Numbered from the stretch's first letter, positions 11,987 through 24,929 are shown. The stretch is 64,000 nucleotides of DNA from Eledone cirrhosa (GCA_964016885.1 OZ024740.1:209684001-209748000), one strand, 5' to 3'. Notes: a model not told the origin generated them from the letters alone. A program made the numbers and translations.

Positions 11987-12336
11987 TTTAGAATGTTAGT
12001 ATCAGTGTATATACATTATTAAGAATGACAATAAATGCAGGTGAGTGTTGTGACATGGTTTTACTTCACAGAAGTCATGTTTATGGTCAGTTGGTCACAA
12101 CTCCCAGACCGGAGTGTGTAGAGAAGAGCAGAAATCTTCTCTTGGTAAGGTTCAAGTGTTTCTTTAGGCTGCCGGTGCAGGAAGCGAGAGTGTTAATGCC
12201 TTGATGTTCTTAAATATATAGTCCCCAGGGGGACGCAACTCCATTTAGTACATGGATCTGCCACTGGGAGTCGCGACCGTCACAAAGGGACGCAACTCCT
12301 ATACGTGCTGAGTTACAGCCGTAAGGGGCCGCTACA
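11987..12336 (-). repeat. 3' LTR
   Basis: Near-identical to 17269-17642 apart from a 30-bp deletion, a small indel and a few substitutions. Reads TGTAG...CTAAA on minus. Confidence 0.95.
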
Positions 12337-12339
12337 GTA

Positions 12340-12348
12340 CCCTCTTCC
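12340..12348 (-). other. Polypurine tract
   Basis: GGAAGAGGG just upstream of the 3' LTR TG. Confidence 0.75.
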
Positions 12349-12409
12349 AGACGATAGGCGAAAAGCCCGAAGGTAACTGTAGCGAACCCACAAGCATGGG
12401 CTCCCAGCA

Positions 12410-12710
12410 CAGGCATGAAATAGTAACGAAAAGGTACATGTATAAATCAGGCATGAAATAGTAACGAAAAGGTACATGTATAAATCAGGCATGAAATAGT
12501 AACGCAAAGGTACATGTATAAATCAGGCATGAAATAGTAACGCAAAGATACATGTATAAATCAGGCATGAAATAGTAACGAAAAGGTACATGTATAAATC
12601 AGGCATGAAATAGTAACGCAAAGATACATGTATAAATCAGGCATGAAATAGTAACGAAAAGGTACATGTATAAATCAGGCATGAAATAGTAACGAAAAGG
12701 TACATGTATA
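12410..12710. repeat. 8 x 38-bp tandem array in the Gypsy 3' UTR
   Basis: CAGGCATGAAATAGTAACG(A/C)AAAG(G/A)TACATGTATAAAT; AGGCATG starts at 12411, 12449, 12487, 12525, 12563, 12601, 12639, 12677. Confidence 0.97.
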
Positions 12711-12759
12711 CATAGTAATACAATAAAGAGAAAAACAAAAAAAGGCTCCAGTGGCCAGT

Positions 12760-15700
12760 TCACATGAAAACAGTTTTGCAGAATTTTTTGGGCCAGTGGA
12801 CTCTTCGACCGGAACGGGTCGTGGTCTTGTATGTAGGTGAAGGTGGGGCAGAAGGAGCAGGTGTATGCACAAGAGAGAAAGATTGGGGTATTTGTGGCTC
12901 GGGTGTATGAGCGTCATTGTATACCCTTTTTAGTCTATTACCGAAATTGTCTCTCTGGACCCCTTAATGTCTACTGTGAAATGTTTGTCAGTACGTGCTA
13001 ACACACGGTAGGGTCCAGAGTACGGCTGTGTGAGGGGTGGAGTAACCGCATCGTTTCTGACGAATACATGTGTCCACGAGGCAATATCCCTCGGGACTGC
13101 AGCTTTAATAGTTTATTTCCTAGTATTCATGGGCGGTAAGTCCTGAAAATAGGAGCGCAAACGAGATACGTATGAAAGAGGGTCCTGAAAAGCAAGATCA
13201 ACAGGGGCAAGCATTTTCCCAGGCAACGCTAGAGTAGCACCATACAGTAATTCGGCCGGGGAGAACCCTTTATTGATGACCGAATTCCTAACAACACAAT
13301 AGGAAGGTACTCGCTCCAACGTTGAGAGTCTGGATAGGCGCGAAGAGCGGCCTTTAATTGGCGGTGGAATCGTTCCACCATTCCGTTCGAAGCAAGATGA
13401 TAAGCTGTGGTCCGAATCCGTTGAGCACCAATGATCTTTGTCAGCTCAGAGAAAAGATGAGACTCAAATTGTCCACCACGGTCTGTGGTGACTGTAGTTG
13501 GTACCCCAAAGCGGGTAATCCACCCTGATACCAGGGCACGCGCTACAGTCTCAGCAGTAATATCTTTTAAGGGGATGGCTTCAGGCCATCGCCAAAAAAC
13601 GATCGATACAGGTCAAGAGGTACGAATATCCACTACTGAATGGCCAAGGTCCAACGATATCAATGTGGATGTGTTGAAACCGAGCATCTGGAGTACTGAA
13701 AGTACCAAGTGGAGTCCGGATGTGTCTGTGGACTTTAGATCTCTGACACTCTGTGCAGGAACGGCACCAGACAGTAATTTCTCGCCTCATATTGGGCCAG
13801 AAAAATCTAGCCGTTATAAGCTTTACTGTGGCAGAAATTCCTGGGTGAGAAATGCTGTGCAAAGCAATGAACACAATTCGACGGTGAGTCTCAGGAACAT
13901 ATAGTCGGGTGAATCCGTAGATACATCACATAGAATCTGCCTGTCGGTGGACAAGGGCAGATATTTGAAGATGCAAGTCGCAAACTCGGCAGAAAGAGTA
14001 TCCAACGATTGGAGTGCAGGTCGGTCTGCAACTAAACGACTTCAGTCGATCTCCTGGGATGACGAGATGGAGCTGATTGCCAAACGTGACAATGCGTCTG
14101 CAGCTATGTTAAGCGAGCCAGCAATGTGCTGGATATCACTTGTAAATTGCGAAACGTAATCCAGGTGCCTTGTCTGTCTGGGCGAATATCTGTCGGCTTT
14201 GGCCCTCAAAGCGAGGGTCAGAGGTTTGTGGTCGGTTAAAACAGTAACATTTCTCCCCTCAAAAATTTGAAAGAAATGTTTCACCGACAGATATATGGCT
14301 AATAATTCCCGCCCAAACGTGCTGTAACGCGTTTCTGCTGGTTTCAGCTTCCTTGAGAAAAATGCCAAAGGTTGTTGGTTTCCAGCGTTGTACTGCTGTA
14401 AAACTGCTTCCACAGCGGTATCAGATGCATCAACACAAAGCGAAAGCTTGGCTTCTGGTACCGGGTGGGCTAGCAAAGATGAACTAGCGAGTGCTGTCTT
14501 GGCAGTCTGGAAGTCTTTAAGCTGTCCTTGTCTCAAGGAAATATTCTCATTCTTCTTACGACGATTTTTCAAAAAGTCAGTAAGGGAAGATAGCAAATTA
14601 GCACAATGAGGAACGAAACGCCTATAGAAATTGATTAGGCCTAAGAAGTGACGCAACTGGGGAAGTGTAGTAGGCGGGGGTAAATCCTGTATGGCTTGAA
14701 CTCGCTGAGGGAACGGTCTAATACCTTCGGCGTCGATGAGGTGGCCTAAAATATTTAGCGAAGTGGAACCGAAAACACATTTTGCGGGATTCACACGAAC
14801 GCGATAATCCTGAAGTCGCCGAAATAAGAGATGCATGTGGCGCATATGCTCTTCCGGAGAGGAACTAGCGACGAGAAGATCGTCTATGTATGCATACACG
14901 AAGTCCAGACCACGAGTGACTTCGTCTATGAACCGCTGAAAAGTGCTAGCGGCGTTCCTGAGTCCGAAAGGCATGGTAAAAAATTCGAAGGATCCGAAAG
15001 GAGTTGTGATCGCCGTTTTCGGAATATCCTCCTTCTTGACCGGAATTTGGTGGTAAGCTCGCACTAAATCTAGTTTTGAGAAAATCTTACACCCCTGCAA
15101 TGAAGATGCGAAATCCTGGAGATGGGGGATGGGATACCTATCCGGGACGGTCATAGCATTTAACCTCCTATAATCCCCAGTGGGTCTCCAGTCACCGGAA
15201 GTCTTGGGCACCATGTGTAGCGGTGAAGCCCAAGGACTCGTAGATGGGCGAATAATGCCCAGCTGCAGCATATGGTCGAACTCGGACCGTGCTGCCTTTA
15301 ATTTGTCCGCCGGTAAGCGGCGTGGACGCGAAAACACTGGAGCACCGGTGGTGGAAAATGAAATGTTCAGTTGAGTGTGTTGGCTCAGTGACTCGAAAAT
15401 TTCCATCGGTGAGCTCCGGGAAAGAATCTAACAACGAATGGTAGGCGTCTCCAGCGGCAGCGATGAAGAATAAGGGGCTGACTGTTGGAGCATTGGCTTT
15501 CCGGCCACGAATTGAAAAACCGGTGATGTCATCCACCAGGCGTTGGGCACGGACGTCCACAGTCAAGGAGAAGTTGTGGAGGAAATCCGCTCCTAAGATA
15601 GGGTATGGCAAATCGGCAACCGTAAAAATCCACTTAAAATTCCTACGAAGATTTAGGAATTTGAGAGGAAGCGAGATTTGTCCGTACGTCATTATAGACG

Positions 15701-15875
15701 AGTGGTTAACGGCTTGCAAAGTAACGGATGACTCTATGGGGGTATCTTTCAGGCAATGGACCGGCCAAATACTGCAGGAGGCTCCTGTATCCACGAGGAA
15801 ACTTCTTCCCGACATAAGGTCCTTAATGAAGAAATGGCGGTTTGGTGGCTTTATGTTGAGGTCAACTGCCTCCAT
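12760..15875 (-). pseudogene. pol: Gypsy pol (protease, RT, RNase H, integrase with GPY/F tail), several frameshifts/stops
   Basis: FLVDTGAS (PR); YAYIDDLLV (RT); [22 protein letters not shown] (RH); H-x3-H..C-x2-[26 protein letters not shown] (IN); PYSGPYRV; TRSGR before the stop at 12760. Confidence 0.95.
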
Positions 15876-16680
15876 CAGTGGACCCCTTTGGCGTTTCCCA
15901 CCTTATGAAACATGCAAGGTTGCACGCAGTGGTTCGCGCTCTCGGCAAAACGCTCATGGTACCAGCATAAAGTTGAAGCTGTTGACCTGGAGCGGCGTCT
16001 AAAAGATTGAGATCTCCCGCGGCTGCGGGGGCGCGAACGGGCAGCACACCAGTCCTTCATCTTCTGGAGCTCCAGGGTGAGTTCCTGAATGGCCTTCTGC
16101 ATCGCCATAATAGCTGAGCTCTCTGTAGGAGCTGCCGCGAAGATGGCATGGCCAGGTGTGGCCTGAGCTGGGTGGGAAACAGCGGCAAGGGCTTCGCTGC
16201 CTCCAGCACCCGTAACTTCGAAAACTTTGTCCGCGGAGGCGGCAAGCTGATCCACCGTGCAAGTATCCCTAATGGGGGCCAAAATTGCCTGTACGTTGGT
16301 CGGTAGGCGCGAGAAGAACAACTCCTTCAACATGGCCGTTTCCGCTACCGACCTCTCCGTTAGGTCCTTCATTCGCCTTAGGGGGTTCGATGGGTGCCAT
16401 CACCGATATGTTCCAGGTGGACCAGAGCCCTAAATCTTTTTTCTGCGGACTGTGCAGTCCGGCTGAGTATTTCAGCCTTCAGAGACTTGTACGTCGCGTC
16501 GGTGGGTGTCTCTAACACCAGGTCCTTAATCGCTGGGAGAAGTGCCGGCGGAATTGCACTAAGGACTAGAGGACGTTGTTGTGCTTCGTCAATTCTGTTC
16601 GCCTCGAAAAATGCTTCGAGTTGGGCGAACCATAGCCTTACGTCGCCCGTGTACGTAGGTAGAATAGAATGAGATGCCAT
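15875..16680 (-). pseudogene. gag: Gypsy gag, split by a 1-nt frameshift near 16398
   Basis: LWFAQLEAFF N-terminus, LKELFFSRLP, and terminal LCWYHERFAESANHCVQPC knuckle typical of metazoan Gypsy gag. Confidence 0.9.
15893..15899 (-). other. Programmed -1 ribosomal frameshift slippery site G GGA AAC
   Basis: In the gag frame GTG GGA AAC. A -1 slip gives GKRQRGPL-MEAVDL, in frame with protease ORF 15192-15875. Confidence 0.85.
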
Positions 16681-17253
16681 TGGTTTACCGTAGGTAATCT
16701 GTAAAAAAAAATCGTCTCCGTTTGGAAAAATGTCTCCAACACAAGGGAAAAGGAAAACAAAATCGCTTGTTTTTCTCTGTCAAACAACTGGACAAGAAAA
16801 AGAATGCATCCGAGACAACATGCAAAGGAGCGACTAACCGAGCGATGTCATTGACAAGGTATAGGCAGGGAATTTAAAACTAAAACCAATATGGTGGACG
16901 ATTTCGCGCCAAAAACACTATTGATGGAGAAGAAAGCCGCCACCTTGTCATCCTCAAAAATTTTAGTCAGAGAAAAGAAGAGAAGAAAAGAAGAAAAAGC
17001 ATTCATACAATTGTTGTTTTGCTATGAAGCTAGCAGCAATATAATATATATATATATTTTTTTGTGCGTAAATAAATGGAATGTTCGCTTTGCACATATG
17101 GGGAGTTTGATTGTTAAACGTTACAGATAAAGATGCTGAAATCAGTAAAATACAGCCAGATCAGAATGAAGCGTGTTGTTCTGTATTAAATGTTTTTTTC
17201 TTTCTTTTTTTTTTTATATACACATGGTACCGTTTCCAATTTTTTTTTTTTAA

Positions 17254-17267
17254 ACGTCAGGTCACCA
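17254..17267 (-). other. Primer binding site, tRNA-Trp-like
   Basis: TGGTGACCTGACGT, 1 nt after the 5' LTR, versus the tRNA-Trp complement TGGTGACCCCGACGT. Confidence 0.75.
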
Positions 17268-17268
17268 A

Positions 17269-17642
17269 TTTAGAATGTTAGTATCAGTGTATATACATTA
17301 TTAAGAATGTCAATAAATGCAGGTGAGTGTTGTGACATGGTTTTACTTCACAGAAGTCAAATAAATTAATAGAAATAATTTTTACCACATGTTGATGGTC
17401 AGTTGGTCACAACTCCCAGACCGGAGTGTGTAGAGAAGAGCAGAAATCTTCTCTTGGTAAGGTTCAAGTGTTTCTTTAGGCTGCCGGTGCAGGAAGTGAG
17501 AGAGTCTTGATGTTCTTAAATATATAGTACCCAGGGGGACGCAACTCCATTTAGTACATGGATCTGCCACTGGGAGTCGCGACCGTCACAAAGGGACGCA
17601 ACTCCCATACGTGCTGAGTTACAGCCGTAAGGGGCCGCTACA
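17269..17642 (-). repeat. 5' LTR
   Basis: See 3' LTR. Confidence 0.95.
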
Positions 17643-17949
17643 CATCCTAATGACAGTGTAGAATAGGGGAAATGATGATTTAAGATATAATATACGTATA
17701 TGAGGTCACCTCCACCAAGCCAGACAAACATTAAGATCGTAATAAAACTCTATATAGGTATGGTGGAAGGTAAAGGTAAAACTAGATACGTCAATCATAA
17801 TTCTTCCTTGAGTCATACAGTAAAGGCGTTATATCAGAAAAATTTAGCAATGTCTTGGGTTTGAAAAATCATGCTATTGATTTCATCATCAACGGGAAGA
17901 TACCCGAGAGATGTAAACGGTGAAGAAATGAGGGATGGGATTGGGGTGC

Positions 17950-18700
17950 GGGCTATGCTTAAGAAAAAAGACGTAATAAATCTAAATGTCAGATCACAAT
18001 GTTTGATTAAATGTCGCCACTTCGACAAATACCTTCTGAATCACTCAAAAACATTACCATCATCTGATCGACTGAATCAATATTTAACTCACGATATCTA
18101 TTTTCTGCTAAGCCTTAACCCACTGAGAGACACTCTTGATCTCCTCGAAGTTATGATATATTATGACTAACGAACTAATGGCTAAACTTGCATTCAACAG
18201 GATGTAGCCGTTTGAAAGCACATATTCTCCAACATGCAGTTGTTCAAACGCTTCTCTTATTTCATCGTTGTCACTTTCTTCTGTTATTTTGCTTCGATAA
18301 AGGATTTAACCCGAAATGTCAGATCATTTTCCCTTCTTTCCATTCGAGATACGTATTTCCTTTGTATGCACTTTGTTTACGTTGCTGTGTATATACTTAC
18401 TCATATCGTGTCACCTTTTATTAAACTTTTTGCTTATACTGTTCTATTTGTGTCAATTTTACTTATATATATAAGTTTTGCGAGGTTTTTTATATGAAAT
18501 CGTGTGTCGAAACAAATATTGTTATACAAATATTGTTATACTTGGGGAGGGTCATATTTGTGTAATATTGCCAGAATTAATAACAGAACACACTCACTGT
18601 TTGGTTGGTTTTCGCTTTTCGCTTCTGTGTCTTTTATATCGGTAATCTAATTTATTCGGTCCTCAATGTTGCCATTGACTGACCAACGGTCAAAAATACA
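17950..18700 (+). mobile_element. Penelope-like element C-terminus and 3' UTR
   Basis: NLNVRSQCLIKCRHFDKYLL resembles the PLE terminal LLN.RSE..SKCRH motif. Degenerate hammerhead-like ...AGG.TTTAA.CCCGAAATGTCAGA at ~18292-18324. Ends at CA/TA tract. Confidence 0.6.
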
Positions 18701-18718
18701 GATACAATATAGACACAA

Positions 18719-18878
<160 letters not shown>

Positions 18879-18942
18879 CAAGGGGTCTCTGTTATGGTCA
18901 GAAACATGCACCCTTACAGCTTATAAAGACCAATAAAAAACA

Positions 18943-19326
18943 CAGATTTGATGTGATTTTTGTAGCGTTAACACTGGTTTGAGGATCAGGCAGACTTGGA
19001 GTCTTGTCTGGGAAGATGACCCCAGATCAAGAGCCGGTTGCCTGGGAAATATTTGTAACTGGGTTAAGCTATAAATCTCATATGTAACACCTCTACTTTG
19101 TTCTTATTATATACACTCTGCTCTGCATCGAGTGCTGACTTTGGTACTCTCACCAATATACAATAAGAACAAGGTGGAGGTGTTACATGTGAGATTTATT
19201 GCTCAATCCCGCTTACAAATGTTTCCCAGGCAGCCGGCTCGTGATTTGGGGTTCATCCCAGACCAGACTCCAAGCCTGCCTGATCCTCAGACCAGTGTCA
19301 ACACAACATAAATCACATCAAATCTG
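18943..19326. repeat. Long imperfect inverted repeat (arms 18943-19113 and 19157-19326, 43-nt loop), PLE-associated
   Basis: The arms are reverse complements. Part of the left arm plus the loop recurs at 20498-20595 next to a PLE ORF fragment. Confidence 0.9.
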
Positions 19327-19989
19327 AAGACGAACCAGCCAGACACAAACAAGCCTATAGAATGACCAATCACGGGCTTAGAATCCAACGGACGCACATA
19401 TCCCGAGCATTACTAGAAAATAACCATTATCAACAAAAATAAAAACAAAAACAAAATATATGTGATCACACACATGCATGACATACCTATGCACACACAC
19501 ACACCCTCCCACACGTAGAAATTGTACATATACGTACATACACACCCACACACGTACATACCCCCCCTCACACACACACATACATATATAGAAATGGTTT
19601 ATTGGTCGTGTTGGCTAGTGGATTGTGTTGTGGTGTTGATTCGTTTGTTGCGTGCGTGCTCTCTTGTAGCTTTTTGTGTCGTGTGTTCACTGATGTGTGA
19701 TATAGTGTGACCAGAGGTTGCACGTGTGCAGGTAAGTGAGTGTTCAATAAGATGATATGATTGTTCCTTGATCACGCAAAAAATAAATATATCTAAATGA
19801 ACCACGATGACACCAAACCGCCATATTATTAATTTATTGAAAATAACTCACGCCAGAGCTATACTAAAAATAGACAATAATTATGTACGTTATTTGTTTG
19901 TTTGTAAAAGTAGAATTGAATTGTATTTACCAAGAAAAAGTCATGAACTTCACTGTCTTGGTTGAGATTGAGATTAAGTGAAAGAGAGA

Positions 19990-20600
19990 GAGAGAGTAAG
20001 AGTCTGTAACACTCCGAAGGGGTCTGTAGAAAGCAAATGTTTTACATGTTTACTCTATCAAGAACTGCTTCGAACTGCCTGGCTTGATCTAAGATAGGCT
20101 ATTTATCTCTGTCGCTTCCTCTGTCCCCAAGCCTTGAGAACAAAGGGGTGACCTCCAGAGCTCGTTCACTCTCAGATCTGTTTACGCCCGAAACAGAGAA
20201 AATGACCGTTAAATGTCAGCCAGGGGTCAAGGTGTGGACAGATTTCGCTACATATATACATACATCATAAAAACACACGTAAAAAATGCAAGAGTCTACC
20301 CTCAAATTCCTGCAGAAGTATATTGTGAGGTGGGGTGTTCAAACGGGATTTGAAGTAACCCTTTATGCCCGAAAGGTCAACGTCTGGTGTGATGCAGTCC
20401 GTGGTGGTCGCGCGGTCAAAATGGTAAGTACGCCACCGCAACCGTTTGGTAAATGAGTCTGTGTACCCTACCATTGTACACAGGCAAGTGTTGCTATCCG
20501 GGTTGAGCAATAAATCTCATATGTAGTACTTCCACTTTGTTCTTATTACATATACTCTGCTCTGCATCGAGTGCTGTCATTAATACTCTCACCAGTTTTC
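19990..20600 (-). mobile_element. Penelope-like ORF N-terminal fragment
   Basis: TDSFTKRLRWRTYHF...GYFKSRLNTPP...LQEFE matches the PLE N-terminal KRxRW..FF / FKS..PP..L..FE pattern. Confidence 0.65.
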
Positions 20601-20679
20601 TTCGGACTTACTGAACCTTTTGCACGTATATATATATAAATACATACTGAATGTAAAACAATCAAATTTGTGTTTAATG

Positions 20680-21060
20680 CATTTAACTGTAGACCAAATA
20701 AAATTTGCCCCTGAGAAAAAACTGCCTAATTAAAGATATTGTTTACTCCTGTGCTGTCACAACACATGAAATTTCGAAAACTTATATTGGTTCCACCTCG
20801 AATAGCTTTAAGACAAGATATAACTCGCATCTTCACACTTTTAGAAATTCTAAACTGAGTAACGCTACTTCATTTCATTAAAAACTAGAAATAAACCATA
20901 CAAATAAACCATAGAATGGGACGTGATAGCTCTTATAAACCACTCAACAAATTCTGTAATCTTTGTCTCCTAGAGTCTCGAACTATTGTTTATTCGAAAT
21001 TACACCTATTAAATAGAAAGTCGGAACTTTTCTCTACGTGTCCACACTATCACCGACACT
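20680..21060 (+). pseudogene. Penelope-like GIY-YIG endonuclease fragment
   Basis: C...C...NCLIKDIVYSC...TYIGSTSNSFKTRYNSH..TF...W...FCNLCLLE. Confidence 0.8.
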
Positions 21061-21554
21061 CTTTTCACTATTTCAAACCCAACAGCTAATTCATAACAAT
21101 GTCAGATATATTCCCACATTAACACTTCATTATGATTTTTGTATTTATATAACTACCCCCCAACGGAGTTTAATAAACCTTACCACTCTATTAACTTAGG
21201 CATATTTTATCAGATATCCTTTCTTGCACTTAATTATCATAATATTACCATAACATAATTATATTAATACAATCCTTCTATTATTTCATATCTACTACAG
21301 ATCCTATACTTTATTTTATTACCATAATAACCACAAAAAGAATAAATAAATACTATGTTCTTTCTTTCTAAAGTACCTTCCTTATTACTTTTTCTAAATA
21401 GATATAACACAAATTAGGTAGCTGGTATTAGTGCCCATAAATTATCAACTATTGAATAAATTCCTCTCTAAATTAATAATTTATCACTCTTTATATAATT
21501 TGAAAAAGTATTAAATAATATTAAGTAAATAAAATAAATAAATAAATAAAATTC

Positions 21555-21730
21555 CTAGCAGTATTTGTTCCGGTTCTTTATGTTCTGAATTCAGATATCA
21601 CCGGGATAAACTTTGGTCTCGTCTTTCCAGGGTCGATAACATAAAGTACCAGTTAAGTACCAGGGTCGAAATAATCGACTTTCCTTTAGCCCCCAAAATT
21701 GCTGGCCTTGTGCCAGAATTCGAAACGTTT
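21555..21730 (+). mobile_element. SINE family 1, 5'-truncated
   Basis: GGGTCGATAA..AAAGTACCAG...AATTGCTGGCCTTGTGCC. Confidence 0.75.
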
Positions 21731-21764
21731 ATAGCAGAAAACTAAAAAATAGTGTTGGTCCATT

Positions 21765-22500
21765 GTTGTAAGGGGCGTGAGATGAAGAGGTATCTTAAAT
21801 CTAGTGTGCTAATAAAATCAATTCCTTTTGACAACTCAGGTGAAACAAATGTGTAGGATGTGTGGAGAAAAGGGAGACATTGTGTGGCATATCACCAACC
21901 AATGCACAAAGCTGGCACAGAAAGAATATAAGCGATGCCATAATAACGTAGTAAAAATCATGTGGAAAATACGGCCTTGAAAGAGCAAGTCAGTGGTATG
22001 AACACAAACCAGAAAATGTAGAAAATAAGCTTGTCAAGATTTTATGGAACTTTATGATCCAATTTGACCATGGAATTGAACACCGCAAACCTGATATTGT
22101 GGTGATCAACAAAATTAACAAACAATGTTTCTGGATGTGGCTTGTCCCACTGACAAGGTTTGTGACGTAGAATTGAAGAAGATTGAGATATATGAACCAC
22201 TAGTATGAGATATAAAATATTTCTGAGCAATGAAAAAGGTTGAGGTGATCCCAGTTGTAATCGGGACCCTTAGTACTGTAAACAACAGAATTGAAAGCTA
22301 TTAAAAAAAAAACATTATGTAGGGCCCCTACATAAAACAACGTTCCTTGGAACTGCCAGAATTGCTCAGAAAAGTGTTCGATAATTGAACGTACCACCTC
22401 AGTCCACTTGTTATGGAGAGCTGGCACCAGAATTACATCACCAGCAACAAATGCTGTGTGACAAGCGGATAATAATGATGATGATGATGATAATAATAAA
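21765..22500 (+). mobile_element. 3' end of R4/Dong-like LINE (CCHC knuckle plus restriction-like endonuclease) with (TAA/TGA)n tail
   Basis: CGEKGDIVWHITNQC.KLAQKEYKR.HN; KILWNF.IQ.DH.IEHRKPDIVV; VIPVVIG. Confidence 0.8.
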
Positions 22501-22679
22501 AAGAAGAAGAAGAAGAAAAAGAAGAAGAAGAAGAAGAAGAAAAAGAAGAAGAAGAAGAAAGAGGAGAAGAGGAAGAGAAATCGATAAAGTTTAAGAGAAT
22601 CTTGCCATGTTATGGCCTACTGACATGATCCCGGAATTAAACTGATATCAATGTGTTAAAACAGGTCTGTGATCTATTG

Positions 22680-22766
<87 letters not shown>

Positions 22767-24289
22767 CATAGTTACACGCATGCACACTTTTTCTTTCTCT
22801 CATACTCACATACGCACAATCACACACGCATTCACACAGATACTCACACACTCGCTTTCACACATACACTCACACACGCTCACGTACACTCACACATACA
22901 CTCTCTATCACGCACACACAACAGATACACACACACACACACACACTCTCTCTCTCTCGCACATACACGCACACACACATACACACATTCGTTCTCTCTC
23001 TTCCTGTTTCACACACACAAATGTTTGTTTAATGGGTTTGTGTGATATACACATTAAACATGCAACGAATTAAGGACTCGTGTACTATATCCATAGGCAA
23101 TGTAATATTTTGTATCAATAGTGATTTCTTACTTCGAAGTTTCGCCGACGTTACATTTGCTATATATTGTCATAAGAATATTTAGATGAGATGGTGGGTA
23201 TATGTAGTAATCATACATACAAAAGGGGGCAGGAGAAAGTTAGATATGGATGAGGCTAAACAATAGAAATGGATTTGGGAAGTATTTATCGCGTATTTAT
23301 TTAGTCATATAGTATAAATAAATACATTTTGAACACTACAGTTTTACATGGAGAAGTTGTAGCTATCAATTACACAGACATAGTCGAAAAACATCTATAA
23401 AATAATCTACCTTCAGTTACTTTTCCGAGACTTTCGTGAAAGTAGTAAAACCTCCCTCGATTCTGAAAGGGAGCATAACGCGTCTTATCCATAAAGGAGA
23501 AGATAGAACAGATGAGTCTGTAAAGTGGTGTAGTTAATACGAAGTATTGTGAGATATGTAATAAAAGACCGATAAGTTTCAAAAAGCTACGTGGGACCCC
23601 ATTTGCTCACCATACAGAGAGATGGTGAGGGTGAGAGAGATGGGGGATCAACTGATTACAGCAGTATCTCATTTTCTTTCATTTCTTTCTATTATTATAG
23701 TTGATATCTAAACATGCCGCAAAAAATATATAAGGGTAAAGGATGACATATAAAACAAAACAAAGTAATGTTCTACCCAGTATATTTGAACATGATATTT
23801 CAGGGCTAAAACCCTCTTTTCAAATGTGGAGCTGAAACAGTTCAAAACAAAACGCACGATCGATGTGTTCTTCCTTAACTGGTCTACGTGTTTGACTTCA
23901 TAAATCAACAAGGACTTGGAACAAATCATCTGGGAGAAGTTGATTATGTTCCCAGGAAAAAATAACGGAGACTTAATATGATTTCCGCCCACACACATCT
24001 GCTACAACATTATAACTGGATATTAAAACAGCCGATAAAACTGAACTTTGTAAATGCCTTCGACAAATTTATTTAAAGGACAATATGTCATAAATCTCGT
24101 GACTTCAGAGAGTGGCTATATAACTTCTTAAAAGACGGAATCATCTTTCCCATACACCGATGTATTCAGACTAGTGTTATTCGTTATGGTCGAACTGCTT
24201 TAGTCGATGTACCCTTTTTGAACTGGGAAAATTACAAAATACGACAGACACCTGTCTATGTCTGGTATAGCCTCGTATTAGTTATCAGT

Positions 24290-24625
24290 TGTGGACGTAG
24301 TATTGTCGAATGGTTAAGAAGTTCGCTAAGTAATCATTAGGTCTCGGGCTGGATCCCACTGCGTGGCATGTTGGATAAGTGTCATTTATCATAGCCTGGG
24401 GCTGATCCATGCTTTGTGAGTGAAATTTGGATGACGGAAACTGTTTGAAAGCCCATCGGATGGATTAGTGTACCTGTTATTCAGATGACCAGCTTTGTCA
24501 CACACTGTTACTCCGAATCTTCCTGAGAATTCCGTGTTTGTGGCGTGCTCAGCCATTGCATGTTAATTTCATGAGCGGGCCGTTCTGTTAATCGAAAAAT
24601 CATCGTCAATACCGATGGAGATCCA
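24290..24625 (+). mobile_element. tRNA-derived SINE family 2, diverged
   Basis: A/B-box-like head; 3' part shared with 29320-29490 (GTGGA.TGCTCAGCCA...TTAATTTCA.GA). Confidence 0.6.
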
Positions 24626-24929
24626 TTTCAGTTATTAGCTACTTGTGATGTCACAAGTTCTACTTAAACCAGATTATATGCAGAAACACAAACCCATGTA
24701 TTGAACTCACGCCCACCAGATAAACTATCTCACAAATATTGACTAAACTATTGTATCACGGGGCAACAGGCTGATAAAAATTGGGAGGAGTTTAAATTGA
24801 TTTTTCCCCCTACTTTTATGAAGACACTAGACTGAATAAATGAATGCATAATAATAATTTCAGAAATTCAGGCAATGAAGTCGACTTGTTGCAGCCAACA
24901 GTATCTTCTCTGAAAGATGAACAATCCAG

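Larger units (their letters stand above)
11987..17642 (-). mobile_element. Full-length, decayed Ty3/Gypsy LTR retrotransposon
   Basis: Paired LTRs, CATC TSD (11983-11986 and 17643-17646), PBS, PPT, and gag-PR-RT-RH-IN order. Confidence 0.97.

Noticed and set aside
12410-12710. CRISPR-like array (38-bp repeats)
   Set aside because: Units are contiguous with no unique spacers, there are no cas genes, and the array lies inside an LTR element.
15463-16002. 179-aa plus-strand ORF
   Set aside because: Antisense shadow of Gypsy gag/protease.
19324-19370. Hammerhead at CTGAAGA
   Set aside because: No matching GAAA, stem II or stem III could be built.
23370-24280. Possible old LINE RT remnant (LKGSITRLIHKG)
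   Set aside because: Single short motif; too degraded to call.
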